A DNA stretch of 64,000 bases from Haplodiscus bocki (taxonomy: Eukaryota): contig OZ296659.1 of assembly GCA_965655095.1 (NCBI GenBank), positions 54,746,001 to 54,810,000 on the forward strand. The letters run 5' to 3'. The notes under the pieces were generated by a model. That model saw only the letters and a program-made list of their open reading frames with translations. It was not told the origin of the DNA and ran no database searches. Positions within the stretch are counted from its first letter, which is position 1; each line of letters opens with the position of its first letter. Shown in pieces: positions 13,034-26,600 of the stretch. Made by a program: the position numbers and the translations under genes.

Positions 13034-13602
13034 CTAAAACACAGTTTGTTAATAGATATTAATTAGGCAGGCAAGTAGTAAAGGAAGGGGGGGAGGTTGC
13101 TGCAATTTTTGACTCCCAAACCAAAAAAATTCGAAGTCAAAAAGGTCAAAGTACCAAATCAACCGAAACTGAATTTCGTTTACCAAGCACACAGTAAGTA
13201 AAACAACTGTCAATAATCTGTCAGAAGGCAAATTTTCTACTTTGATCTCACTGTTGGAAACCGAAACTGACCAAAACCAATAAAATTGATTGTCGACTGT
13301 CTTTTTTGAAAATTTCAAACTGATAAATCCTTTTCTCAACTATTGTAACGCAAGCAAAAATCAGCTTCTCGAACTATTACTAACCAGCACACCATCTAGA
13401 AAAGTTCTGTTTTACTTTTATTTAAATTCAATTTATCGGAAAACGGGAACCAGCAGAAAAAAGTCGTGGTCCATTGAAAATGGAAAATGAACAAAAACAA
13501 AAAATTCGAACGTTTCCGGCATGTTTCGCGTGAAGCTGACAATTGAACACCTCGGGACGACGACTTTTGCGTGTTACACATCTGTTAATTCGAACCTGTA
13601 CA

Positions 13603-16600
13603 ATGTTTCCCTGTTGTAAATGTGATAAATTGTTGAGCTCAAAACTTGCTTTAAATGATCACAAGCGAAAGAAGCACAATTTTGAAGTCATTGATTTGGT
13701 CAAAGTTTTCACATGTGGTCATTGTGAGGTTTCTTTCGCAAAGTCTTGCAATGTATTGCGCCATCTGAAGAGCCAAGGCAAATCATCGGCCAACTATCAA
13801 TGTTTCTCTAGTCCAACCTACTTTGGAAACCTCTGAACAATGACTCAACACCAAGAACAGTATCATAGCGATGTATCTCTTGGTAGACCGAATATCAACG
13901 TCTCCGATCTACTCGATTTCACAACTGAACCAGTTAATTCTAAATTTCAATTTCATCGACTCGAGCTTGAGGACTCGGATGGTTTGGAACCGTTCAACTA
14001 CATTATTTCTCAGAAAGATGGAATCATTGCATTTGTGAAATCTTTATTGAGCGTGACCCCAAACGTTAAACTCGGTCTAAGCATTGCAGTGAAACTGGAA
14101 AAGCCTTTGGAGAGCGAGGTAGTAAAGCTTTTTTCAATTCGACTATGTCTCGGGTTTCTTCTACGCTCACCGATGTCGAGTTTTTGCAGGATATGGATCC
14201 CTTGATAACACAGTTGAATGTCTACGCCACAGGTGGTTCGGGATGGGCGGTGGGAATATTAACACGATTGGAAATCAAAACAGTCTCCTGTAGTAAAGTT
14301 AATGCCGGCTCATATATAGAAAAGCCACCAATTTTCAAACCACTGAATCCCTCAATTTCGAATGTTGTGAAGAAACGTGATAACTTCTGCTTCTTGTATT
14401 GTGTTGCAGCTGCTCTATTCTCTTTCATCCGAAGAGCTAATAGTCCAAAGACCCATAAAAAAACATCGAGCGACTGTCTTTCAACTCAAAGCTATTGCCA
14501 ATACCTCTGTCCGCCATTCCATTTTTTGAAAAACGGATTTGTTGCTCAATCAATGTTTATCAGATGGAGAACTCCAAGTTGGTGTCCGTGTATCATAGTA
14601 AGAATCGAAAAGGGAGGCACAAAATTGACCTTCTCTGCCTAATAGATAACCAAGACAGTCATTATTGCCTGGTTAAAAATTTTTCGAATTTTATTCATTT
14701 CCTAAATAGGTCCAGAAGGAAGCAGGACAAGGGACCAGAATCCCGCTTTTGCCGAACCTGCTTCCAACAGATAATTAAAAAGATTTTCGAGAAACACGTT
14801 TCGTTTTGCGAAAGTAACACAACGCTTCAGATTCGAATGCCTCTTGAGTCACCAACCACTGAGTTCGTCATTTGGGAGAAAACACAAAAGAGTCCTTTTG
14901 TTGTTTGTGCTGACCTTGAAGCAATCAATGTGACTTCAGCACAATTTCCTCGAACTAAAGGTCGGACAAGAGAAATTGAAAGGCAGCATGCAGCCAGCTT
15001 TGGAGCAGTCCTGGTTGATTCTAGGAATTAGTTAAACTTTGCATATATCTCCGTGAGGTTTTGGAAAAAATCTAATCTTTACCCCTACTGTTGCTCTTAT
15101 TCAAAATTTAACTTGATTGTAGTCAATGTGATTTTCGTTTCAGCGAGTGGAATTGTTAAACAAGGTTTCTACCGGAGATTGGATTGTATTGAAGAGTTGT
15201 TGGATACGTTGCGTGATTGGGTATTTTGGTGCTATGGTGAAAAACACGTTTAAGACGTTTAGGGGTTTCGGAGCAGCAGCGAAAGCGGATGTTAAACTTG
15301 GCAAATGTTTCGTGCTGCTTATGTGGCATGGATGTCGAAATATCAGCTCGAGTGATTCATCACTGTCATTTTCCGGGAACAATTTTTGGCGCTGCCCATT
15401 CAAAATGAAATTTGAGAGCCAGAACGACGAAGTTCTTACCAGTCTTTTTCCACAATTTATCGAGATACGATGCTTACCAGATTTTGAAACACCTGAAACT
15501 AAAGGTGGGTGAAGAGCTGTCCGCAACTGCCAAAACTGATGAAACATTCATTTCATTCAGCATCAATATACCTGTCGGCACTTACAGAAAGCAATCGGGA
15601 CAACTGGTTGAAATGTATCAATCTCTTCGCTTCCTCGACAGTTATCAATTTGTTTCTCAAAGTCTAGAGAATCTCGCTAAAACACTGAAAAAAGATGACT
15701 TAATTTTACTTCAGCAATTCTTTCACAACGTTCCGGACCAAGTTTTTTTCAGGCTCGCTCAGAAAGGTTTTTTCCTTACGTTACCTCGACAGTTTCGAAA
15801 AATTCAAAGAGCCTTTTCCAAACTATGCTGAAGCTTGGAAAATAGCCTCATTGGTGAAATCGATATTACTTATTCTGGCTATTAACATGCAGTCAGTGTT
15901 TAGAAAGATTTTGGTTGCCAAAACCTGGGAGACTATCAGGACTTGTATCTAAAAACTGATGTGCTTCTTTTACCTGATATTTGTGAAAAGTTTAGAAGTG
16001 TCTGCCTAAATGTTTATAGGCTGGATTCCTCTCATTTTAATTCGGCTCCGAATTTGAGCTGGGAGTCTATGCTCATTTCAACAAGGGTTAAGTTGGGACT
16101 GTTGCAAGACATTGACATGCTATTAATTTTTGAACGTGGCATTCGCGGTGGAATTAATGGAGTTGGAGATCTACGTCATTTCACCGCAAACAATGCTCAA
16201 TTCCACAATTTTGATCCGAGCCAACAAACGACATTCAGCGCTTTTTACGATGTAACATCACTTCACGCAAAAAATGATGCTTTTAGATAACTACCGGTGG
16301 AACACAGAAATCAACATCGAGCAAATTTCGCAAACTTCTGAAAATTAAAGCGTTGGGTACTTTGTAGAAGTTGATCTGAAATATCCCCAATATCTACACG
16401 ATCTGCAGAATGGACTGCTTTTAGCACCTGAAAAGTTGATCATACGGTCCTCATGGCTTTCACTTTTTGAAGTCTTTCGGAATTAAAAGTTATAAAGTTA
16501 TAAAGTTTGTCCAATCCTCAGCAAGCACAAACATTTGATCAGAGAGCAACTTTCAAATCCTTCCAGATTATCAAGCAAGATTTGGTTTCTGTATCTTTCG

Positions 16601-17885
16601 AAAAATCGTATGTGGTATGGACAAAGCCTACTCGTGTGGAAGTTGCCATTCTAGACTTGCCCAAATTGTCTTTGTAAAAGTTTAAATACGAAGAAACGAT
16701 CCCTCGCTATTGGTCAAGTCAATTGAAAGTAGCCTATAAAGACACCGACTTTCTGTTATACTGGATTGAAACCCCTGATCTCTGAAAAGATATGGCGTCA
16801 TTCAAACACTTCCTTGATCTTTCAGATCACCCACAAGATCACTTTTGTGGTGATCCAACAAATAGCAAAGTTCCGCTAGCCATGACAGGTGAAGTACTAC
16901 GCAAAGTTTTACGCGGAGTTGTTTGTTTACGATCCAAACTGTATAGCATCAATTACGTTGGTGGGTTGAAACAGAGCGAGAAACGCGTACAATAGTCAGT
17001 TAAAAAGACTTTACATCACGATTTATTTAGACATTGCCCACTCTCAAAAGACAAAGTTGCCCGAACAATGACACAGTTGCGTTCACACTTTCATCAAATT
17101 GTAGTCATTGAGATTGATAAAGTCGCAGTCAGCTCATTTGACTACAAACGCTTCCTTCTGGAGAATGGTATTTCTTCACTTCCTTATGGGCGCTACAAAA
17201 CTGGAAACACCTTCAGTGACACTACAAATCGACAAACAGGTCGGTGTTTCAAAATGTTCGCAATTCTTTGGTTTCTTCAACTACAGTCTTTGGGAAACTC
17301 TTTACACTTTTTCTTCTGTTAGAGTACTCAAATTGTTACGATTTTTCGTCACTCTATAGTGACTCAACCTCTTTCACTGGTAGTTCCTCTTCTTCCACTA
17401 GTGACCTTAACTCTGAGTCGTCGAATTACAGCGAGAAAACGGAACCTGGTGGCTCTCCGCATGATAGGCTCAAAACATTACCTTCTTCTTGTAAATGGTG
17501 GCAAAAGCAAAAATTTTCTTTCCGTAACATCAAACTTCTACAGCAGTTACATTTTCATTGGTGTTTAAATACGTATGGTAAATGCTTGCGTGGTTCTTTT
17601 TTTATCTGTTCGTTATAGTCGAGGCTTTCTATTTTAGCACCGAACACAGATACTGGTTTCAACCAGCCTCCTATATGGGATAGCGATCTATCCGACGTTG
17701 CTGACTGGGATCAACTATCTTCAATGGCTAACGATAATGATGACTCTTCTAGTCAAGGCCAAATACGCCCCTTCATTGACTGGGAAGCCGAAGGAGAAGA
17801 CCCAGTAGATGTGCTAGCTTGCAAAAGAAACAGGAAGCGAGCCTGCTTTAGCGAAGGCAGTGACACGGATGAAACTGTGGCCTAA
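13603..17885 (+). pseudogene. POLB: pPolB copy 2 (same lesions as copy 1)
   Basis: ORF fragments match copy 1 at +9956. Confidence 0.9.
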
Positions 17886-17958
17886 AAATTACTAAACTAT
17901 CAACGTCCTCGCAACAAAGTCTTGCCATAAACTTCGAAATCATTACAAATCGACAAAA

Positions 17959-18504
17959 TTACCAGCTTCTATATTTAAATTGACTATATTTAACATGTTC
18001 ATTAAGGAAGCGTACTATATCAATTTCAAAGGTTTTCATTAAAGTGGGATTTTTTTGCAGTCTGTAGACGTTGAAGGGTTTCCTGATCAAATAGTGTACT
18101 ATATACCAGCAGTACAGACCAAAGGTTAGAATGAAGGTTTTGCAAAGGTAGATTGATCGCTTGGAATCCTCCGCATTTTCCGTATAGGTTCCAGAGTCTC
18201 CTGTTAGAATTGATCGTAATAGCATAGAGGCCTGCCGAGGCAATCCCAAACAAAAATTCCAATGTGATCACCATTGTGTCGATTGCACACAGCATAATCC
18301 AATGCTCAGCGCTTTTATTTGACGGCGAGGAGTTTCTTATTTGAAATTTTCAAGCTTGGTTCTTTTGTTCAGGGTACTGGTTTCCTGTTTTTCTACGTAG
18401 TCTATCTTGCATTTAGGGAAATTGTCCGACGACCAAACGCCACCAAAAATGTGCAATGCACTGGAACAATTTGTTGCAAATTTTGCAATTGGGATATTAT
18501 CCAT
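17959..18504 (-). pseudogene. PRO: Adenain-type protease, copy 2
   Basis: Same as 8003-8548. Confidence 0.8.
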
Positions 18505-20068
18505 CGAATAATGCATTCTTGGCGATGTTTCAAGCACAATCGGTTAACACTTGACTGAACCGCTGGCCAATTCGAAATAATCCAAATGCATCTTCAAGAG
18601 CAGTGGAAAAATACAATTTCAAGGTTCAACTCGGCCAGTGAGTTCGGGAAACAAATTTGAGCTTGCCAGCAGTAACAATCAGGCAATCCTTCGTTACAGA
18701 AACGGATTAAAATCAATCAACTTTCGAGTGAACAATACTCTCGTTGATAATGATTAAAGATGATTAAAAAATAACAAAAATGAAAAACCGCAATTTGATA
18801 AAAGCTCAAAATTATTTGCTAAACAAGCATAGACTTTTTCAGTTTTCCAAATTTTCTTTGCGCATTCCATATTATTTAAAGTTTGTCTTGCAACTTCATA
18901 ACGTCACTTTACAAAGATTTCATCTACAAGTAGAGCTTGCGGGGGCTAACAAATCAGTTTCCTTGAAGGAAAACATTTTGGCATCTCCTCTATTTTCTTT
19001 TAGGATATGAGAACAAATGAAACAAAATACATCACACAACCATACTTTCATTCATTTCATCAGCGGTGAAGACAGAGATACGTCATCATGAAAAAACCCT
19101 CTAATGAGAATTGTTGTTTTTGTGAAATTCCAGCGTAACTGGAAAGGATTTCTCCCTTGAATTTCCATGGGCTCCAGGTATTTCGGCACGTTTGGCAGTC
19201 GCATGCATACTGCCAGGCACATGAGTTATGTTCGGCGTATCGTTTCTCGCCATATTTGCAGAAGAATATTGTGATGCGTTTCTTAAATCCAATGGAGTTA
19301 CAGAGATCAAAGCTAGAGGGCAGATGGTTGGCTGATCTGCAAGTTCAGTAGAAAAAATCAGCCCGCGCTTCCTCGATTCTGACTTGTGGAAGGATAAATA
19401 TGTTTGTCATTGTCCAGTTATTTAGCGCAATAATAAGAGATTCCACACAATCTAAATTTTGTTGGCAGAATGTTGACAATTGAAACAAATCCAGAATTTG
19501 GAAGAGCAGAAAAAGAGGTAGTGCTGATTTTTTAACAGAAGAGACTCGCATGTCGATTAAAAATCAAACAATACCCACTTTAGCACCCAATTTTGGAATA
19601 TTTCAAGTTTGAATAAGGTAGTTTATTAAGATGTACACAGGGAGAAGCATATGTAATAAATTGGAGAATCATCGATTCAAAGAGGCATAATTTAGCATCT
19701 ACGTTCACATTTGGAGACGAGTTGCGTTTGACAAAATAGAATATTCGTACTGTTTTCACAAGTTCCTTATCAATGTGCATGTTCCGCGTGAGATCATCCT
19801 TACATACACTCCAAGATCCTTCATATAATCTGCCTACTGAAGGGTTTTCATTGTTCAGTCCAGAACACATATTTGATCCACAAAATGCAGAAAGCCATTC
19901 TTGCCATTTGCAAAATACCCTTTGTTTTGACCATTCCATCCTTCAAATCGTTTGAGATCAAGGTTTATCCAAACTTAATAGTTGGCTTTCGCGACAAACT
20001 TCAGATCATCAGCAAAGAGCAGTGTGTCGAAGTTTCAAAGATACCTGGTTAGTCGTTTATAAAACATA

Positions 20069-21748
20069 CGCGCTTAGATGCTTAGAGCAAGGCCCGCGAA
20101 GGTACTCAACCTCTTGACTACAAAGCTGACCCGATTCTTATGCAATCCCAGAGAGCATGTAATGAAATCTGGGGAGATTAGGCAGAAAACCATGAGATGA
20201 CAGCGGAGGTGCAAGGTAACTATCCTAACTTCAAGAAAAAATTAGCTGAGAAAGAAAACTTTGTCAAGTTAAAAGTCAACGGAAGCCAGCTGCTTTTTAG
20301 CATATGCTATATCAGAGCAGCGAGGTTCCGAAAGTTGACAACTGTATGTTAAGTAAGATTAACGAAATTGGAAACAAAAAATATCCCAAAAAGCCGTGTT
20401 TTCTCGATAAACAATCTCAGAAAACTCGACTAAAGATTTTTGGCGCAACCCTGAGGACATATGGGCCCTCCGGAAAGGCTGAAGGATAATAGTAGACACA
20501 CTTGAGGCAATTTTCCAGGTGATGAGAGTCGTAGTAAATTATCGCAAAGGGCAAAAACAATTGAAAAAAAATGTTCTACATCTAGAGTACCTCGGCCGTA
20601 AGACCCATCTACGACTGACCGTAACCAGAAAGCCTTTCAACTGCTTCTATAGGCAATCTGCTGAAAATCACGAAGCCTAGTTCACTTTTATTGTTTGTGC
20701 AACTGGATACAAAGTTTTTGGAAGAGTCGACAAAGGTTAAGGAGACCGACTTTTTGACATTAGGCAATAAATACAAGAGAAAAAATCGCTCCAGTCGAAA
20801 CTTGCATCAAAACTCATTGCTATACACACCGCTTAAACTGCTCCTCAATTCGAGTGATAAGCATCTCTTTGAGACGTGCTGAACGCGCTAAACTTTAGAT
20901 AATGCCAAAATTTATTTGAAAATTCAATTTTTTGTTTAAAAATTTTATGCAAAAATTTATTTGAAAATTCAATTTTTTGTTTAAAAACTTTCGGCCGAAA
21001 AATTCTGAAAAATCAGACAAAATCGGCTAAAGATTGAATGCAACTGATGTTTGATATTCCATCGCCTAACCAGAATTGAGATGCCATACAAAGGTTATTA
21101 GGGCAGAGAATTGTGAAAAAGTAACATTTGTTCTCTGAAAAAAATCTTGGTTTTCAGTTATTTTCGCCAAAAACTCGCCGGCCGAAAAATTCGGCACCGG
21201 TCAATTACGACGTTGCCAGTCCAGCTAAGCAAAAAGCAAATGGACCCTCCAATTAAATCTGCAGAAAAAGAGCGTCAAAGTTAAGAAACGCATACGGCAA
21301 TGGGGAATGTCGAATCTGTCTCAAAAAATTTCCAAAAATTCAGCTTTTTCTGACAAAAACTGGCCGCAAAAAGATTTCTGCCTAAAACTATCACAGTACG
21401 CCGCTCAAAGTGAAGAGTGTTCCTTCGATTAATGCAAAAAAATTACATTTCGAAGCTTACTGTAACGACAGGACTCAAAAATATACCGATTGCCCTCTAA
21501 AAAATCCGAAATTTGAAATTTTTATCGCTAATAACTCACCGAAAAAAACTTCTCGGCGGCCGAAAGTTTGGAATACAATAGATCCTGAACCCGTGGTAGT
21601 GTATATGCAAAAATAGGATGAATCCGACCATTAGCTGCCGAAAAAATTAGATTCAAAGAGATCAAACGCAGAGGGATGTCACGGACGGGAAGAAAAAACG
21701 AAATCATTTTGACGTGTCCTTGTGCGAAAAGGCTTCGCTTCGCTCGCC
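20069..21748. mobile_element. 1.68-kb insertion (possibly composite) flanked by duplicated TA inside the LINE RT
   Basis: Removing it plus one TA rejoins LLFL-CFIND; internal AT-rich repeats with CGGCCGAAAA motifs; no clear TIR. Confidence 0.7.
20904..20988. repeat. Two-copy tandem repeat of about 45 bp
   Basis: AAAATTTATTTGAAAATTCAATTTTTTGTTTAAAAA occurs twice in tandem. Confidence 0.8.
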
Positions 21749-23689
21749 TAAAAATAGAAGCGGCCAGACCACAGAACTCTTCGGAACGCCACTGCTTACT
21801 CTCATTTTTGTTGATTCTGTTCAACCAAGACGCAGATTTTGCTGTCTATCTTTCAGGTAGTTTTCCTGTATCTGCATGAAACAGTCCCCGACTCGAATTT
21901 TCTTCATTTTGTTAAAACTCCAGGTGCGGCACTTTATCGGATGCCTTTGCAAAATTTGTGTAGAAAGACAGTACTTCAGTTTTGGGTCGTCATCAAGCAA
22001 GGTATGAATAGTTTTGAGATATGCAATAAAGTTCGTCTCTGTCAGCCAAAAACGTACTTAATTTTCTTCCAATAAGGAGATAGAAACTGCCACCTTTCAG
22101 CAAGAGCGTTGCTTTCGTTGAGTTTTGTGGATTTACTTTATGATGGTGTTTGATGTGATACGCATCGAGAAATATCTGCGGAAAGACCATGTAATAGCTT
22201 AAGAACTATTTCTGGTTCTGCTTTTGGAGGTTCGTTTTACAAAAACTTTCAATCCGCATTCCTGCATATCTGTAGTTCCAGCAAAAACCTGTTAATGCAG
22301 CAAAACCTGCACAAGATTGATCCGACAATTCATTTATTTCCCACCACCCAGCAACCCATGTAGACTCGTGTTTTCTACGAGTGGAAGTATGAAATCTTAC
22401 CAACGAGGTGCATTTTTCATAATGGAATCCATTGATTAGGAGGCATTTCCCAGATTCTGATTTGCAAAAACCAACCACGGAAGACGGTTATCACAGCATC
22501 ATTTTGTTGCGAGTGGAGCAACCTCAGCTGTCACCTTACCTTGATGCGAGACAGACTACCCACCCCATCACCGAGACAAAGATGTTACTCCTTACCAAAA
22601 GGCGATTTCATTGACACAGCGGCTCTGGATTGAGACGCCTTTGTTCCCATCCTGGGGACAAACTTTCATGAGGTGGTTAGCTACACCAAGGTCAACTGGA
22701 GTGCCGCCATTTTGGACAACCGTTACCCCGGATTGACGCACTTTCTGGATTTTCAGTTGTTGGCAGACCTGTTATAATTATGAGCAGCTTGCTTCATTAG
22801 ACGAGGATAATTTTTGTATCGTGTCCAGAATGCCTTTGAAATTAAATTGGTTCAAACGAAAACTTCATTGTCATATAGGTAACCCGCACTCGACCACTCT
22901 CATTTGCCAGCATTCAGGTTTGCACAGGAGGTAAACTGTATTACTTGTACATGTGAGGTGTAGGTTGTCGACACCGTCTTTTTGGTGCTAGAATTTCATT
23001 TTCAACGAAGTGGACCAAAACCATTTAGAGATAGTGCAACAACCCTTCCGCTGGGGCGACTGTTATCTGGAAATCGCATCCCAATTTTGAGAAGGAACCG
23101 ATATATCGGGAAGTTTCCAGAATCTAGAAAAAAGATCAGATGCTCGCCTAAAAACCGACATAACAAAAAAGGGGAAAGTTCTCAGGATAAACCGACGTAT
23201 GAACAAGAAGCGCCCGTACAAAACCTGGAAGAAGAACTGCCAAGTTACATTTGCTGATAGCTCCTTTGTGTACTTGCCTGGGAATCAGCAAGACCTCCAA
23301 AATTGAAGGGCTGTCCTGGTTAATAAAAAAGTGATATACAATGGCTCTACCATTCTATTAAAAACTGAGAATCAATTTTTGTGAAATCTCTTCAGAGGAT
23401 TGGAAAAGAACCGGATTAAAACTTTCAATTCAAGTGCAATAAAAAAGTTCACATCAAAGGTGAAGAACTAAGCTTCGCAGGGTCCTAGGAATCGGTTTTA
23501 CATTTGTTTGCAGGGGAATGAAGTTGCTTCACTTGGACATATCCTTTCGTATCGCCCGTTCATCGTTCTCCTTCATCGGGAATGGGTTTTTCAGAGGAAT
23601 ATCCTCCAATTGTCGATGATGGCATGGAATTCGTTTACTCAGAGACCATGCCTCTGATCGATCATATAATCACTCGAAGTGTTCTCTCG

Positions 23690-26600
23690 CTTGAACAGCT
23701 TGATAAACACATAGACCAGTCTTATTCCAGGTGATGTTACTGATTCTGAGAATGCGTTTTTCAGCTCTTGTGACGTCAGATTTCGAGACACTAAAGACTT
23801 CTTTAAATTTTGCGGAGAAAGGCCTTCCGGGGAAACTGAAGAGAGAAGACACAGTTCTATCAGCAAGAATGAAGTCGAAAAAACTTCAGTAACGATCTAT
23901 TGGATTTTTCCAAACCATCGGCAATTAGAAGTTCAAATAATGATACTACCGAGAAAAATTCAAAGTTAAATTAGGTTTGTCAATTAATTCACTCAAATCG
24001 ACATCTCTCTCCTGATGATTAAATTAAAGTTACCACAAGTCCAGAAAGAAGAGAAAGCTTTGTGTCTGGACAACCCATTTCTTCTTCATTAGATTGTATG
24101 TAATTCCAAAAATCGAAGTTGCGAATCATTATGAGGATGAACGATCAAACGTTGCACTGTCTGCTCAATTAAATGTAAAACCATAGGTGAACAAAACGTC
24201 CAGCCTGAACAATCAAGCTCCACTTATTATCAAAGTAGAAGATTCCGTCAGTACAGACATGAGCCGATGTTGCTTGTATCGGCAAGCGTGATCACTTTTA
24301 CAACATTGCAAAGATTTTTTTTTCAATTCACAGCTCAAAGACCTACAAGTATAAAGAAAACAATTGAGCATTCCGCTTTTAGCCATTTATATGTATAATC
24401 CTCATTTATAAAAACTACAAAGAAACAGTCTGGTCTGCATTTCATTGATCTTCAAATAGGCACAAGTTTATTGAAGAAAACTGAACAATTCATAAATGTT
24501 TGTTATTCTTCGAGGCGAACAGCAACTGCTTTCTATCGAAACTTCATTGCACTTTCTCTCAGATCGACAAAATGTGTGAAGTTGAAATATTCGAAAATGA
24601 AAAATCTCGAACACGCTACACTCTGTATGAAGCTTATTTCAATGATTCAGTGGTGATGGAGAATGAATCCTTTACATGTGGTGGTTGGACAATTGAGTCT
24701 TCTATGAAATTACCACCGGAAGTGTTTGAGGAAGTCGAAGAATGCTAACTTTCTTCAAAGCAAAAATCCGAAGACGAAGTGAACGATCGAACTACTCTCC
24801 TTGGAACCTAAATGAATTTAACATTCCAAGTTAGACGAGTGTTATTCGACCATGACTGTAGGAACATACCATGTAGAGAAAATTAGACTGGATAATGGAG
24901 ATATTGGGACCAAGACTTTTGGAACATTGAAAAAGGTGAATACCGAAAAACTGCTACTGGAAGCACTGAAATGCTATCAACGCCAGTAAGAAAGAAAAAA
25001 ACCCATCAGAAGTGTGGTCAAACTGAAGGTAAAGTAATGAACTTTGATGAACATTGCTATCTAATACGATGCCTAAGCATTTGCCTTCAAAAAATCTTGA
25101 GGAAAAAGTATTTTTTTCACGAAGATGATTCTGTCCCATGAACAGTCCACTATTAATTACATAGTTAGAACAATCAAAATGGGAAAAAATACATGGATCA
25201 AAAAAGCTCAGAAAAGTACAAAAATACTCAGCGGATTAGCTTTAGTCGAACGCGCTGGAAACGTTCTGAACGTTCTCTAATAGGTTGAAATATTTGCAAC
25301 CACTTGAAATGAGATCTCGGTGATCGATGAGATGCAGAAGAAAAGTAGACTCGAAGGACCAGATGCTGATTGCACCGATGGCAACTTCAAGCATGGTAAC
25401 TGTGGACAAAACCGCCCGGCCCGTTGCAGCTTCACAGACGTAGGGAAACAGTTTATTGAAGTTTAACCAGTTGCACGCGTTCGGAAAGTGGGACAGACAA
25501 AATTTGTTTTGCATGAAATGTGTGCACTTAGAAGTCTCCGCTTGGAATTCTCAAAATTGTTGTTGAACCCGATCACTTTCCATGTTAAAACACCATCCCG
25601 ACATCTCCAAGCTATCACTTCTTGGAGCCAGCTGAAGGATATGGTTATCAGAACCATTAGCTATAGGTTTCTCGTGTATTCCTAAGCTTTTTTCCAAAAT
25701 GATCACATTAACCAAAGGCTCCTCAATTTGTCCAGAGTGGTGCATACTAGTGGTTGCAGGACCAAATAGGCTGGGTCGCATGAACTCTGGGTGCACTTCA
25801 TCGCCTCGCAATTGTTCCAAATTGGATTTTGCTCCAAAGGTCGATGTACTCTGTACGTTCAAGTAGTTCAATTTATAAGCAGAATCGGAAATTCTGTTAC
25901 TTCTTATCAGTGTTCCGCGTAAGTGGTAAGCGATCAATAAGGTGGACTTTTCCAAAAAAAAATCAGATGAAACGTCATGATAGAGTTGACAGCAGTTTTT
26001 CCCGAAAAAAGTAGTTACCATTTAATCAAACTTTATTAGTTCAGCTGTTAAAGCAGAAGAGTTCACTGAATATATAAGGACAATCGCAGAAGAGCATCGC
26101 AAGGAAAACCATTTCATCTCGAGGAAAATTAAACAGTGAATAAAATTATTTCAATCATGAAGCGTTTTGATACTGTTCCAAGACTTTCGCTAATAACCAA
26201 ACATTGGATCGACACAGGAAAAACATGGCTGGAAAAAAATGATTATGACTTGTTTTGTCGGTCATGCAGACTCAATTGCTAAACGTTACTAAAAATACAC
26301 AGTTAAGGTCCCCACACAACGGGAAACTTTTATAGGTTTCTTTTTTCTGTAAGAAAGTTTTCAAGACCGAAAGACTTCAGGAAACACTTACAAGAACACC
26401 ACACACTACCCATTCACAAACAGAACATGTTCGCCGAAGGAACAAGTACATTCCCTTTCAACAACACGTTCAAAATTTTCCACATACAGACAGACCAAAA
26501 AGTGGACTTGCTGGAGAAACTCTGATTCGACAAATTTTGATGGAAAAAGCCTTAACGAAACAGTTGGACACACAACTATCAGTGAAAAATGTGGTAACTG

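Larger units (their letters stand above)
13074..18666 (+). mobile_element. Polinton A, right-truncated copy 2
   Basis: Almost identical to 3118-8710 (offset 9956); breaks at GAGCTTGC|CAGC inside the MCP gene. Confidence 0.92.
19045..22130 (-). mobile_element. Degenerate CR1-group non-LTR retrotransposon (ORF2 RT and C-terminus), interrupted at 20069-21748
   Basis: Minus-strand FYTNFAKASDKVPH (21921-21968), SSGVPKSSVVWPLLF (about 21750-21805), CFIND*P and LLFADDLKF (FADD at 20005-20016), YASP, ANHLP...CAWQYACDCQTCR, and an AATG-like tail near 19050. Confidence 0.85.

Noticed and set aside
3118-18666. Independent transposition of Polinton A copies
   Set aside because: Identical flanking exon, MITE and TSD half show segmental duplication.
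22206-22478. Possible Gypsy RT/RNase H fragment (GFAALTGFCWNYR)
   Set aside because: A single weak motif with no supporting domains or LTRs.
25735-25800. Walker A-like ILVVAGPNRLGR upstream of family B pPolB
   Set aside because: It lacks GKS/T and the frame is too degraded to support a helicase call.
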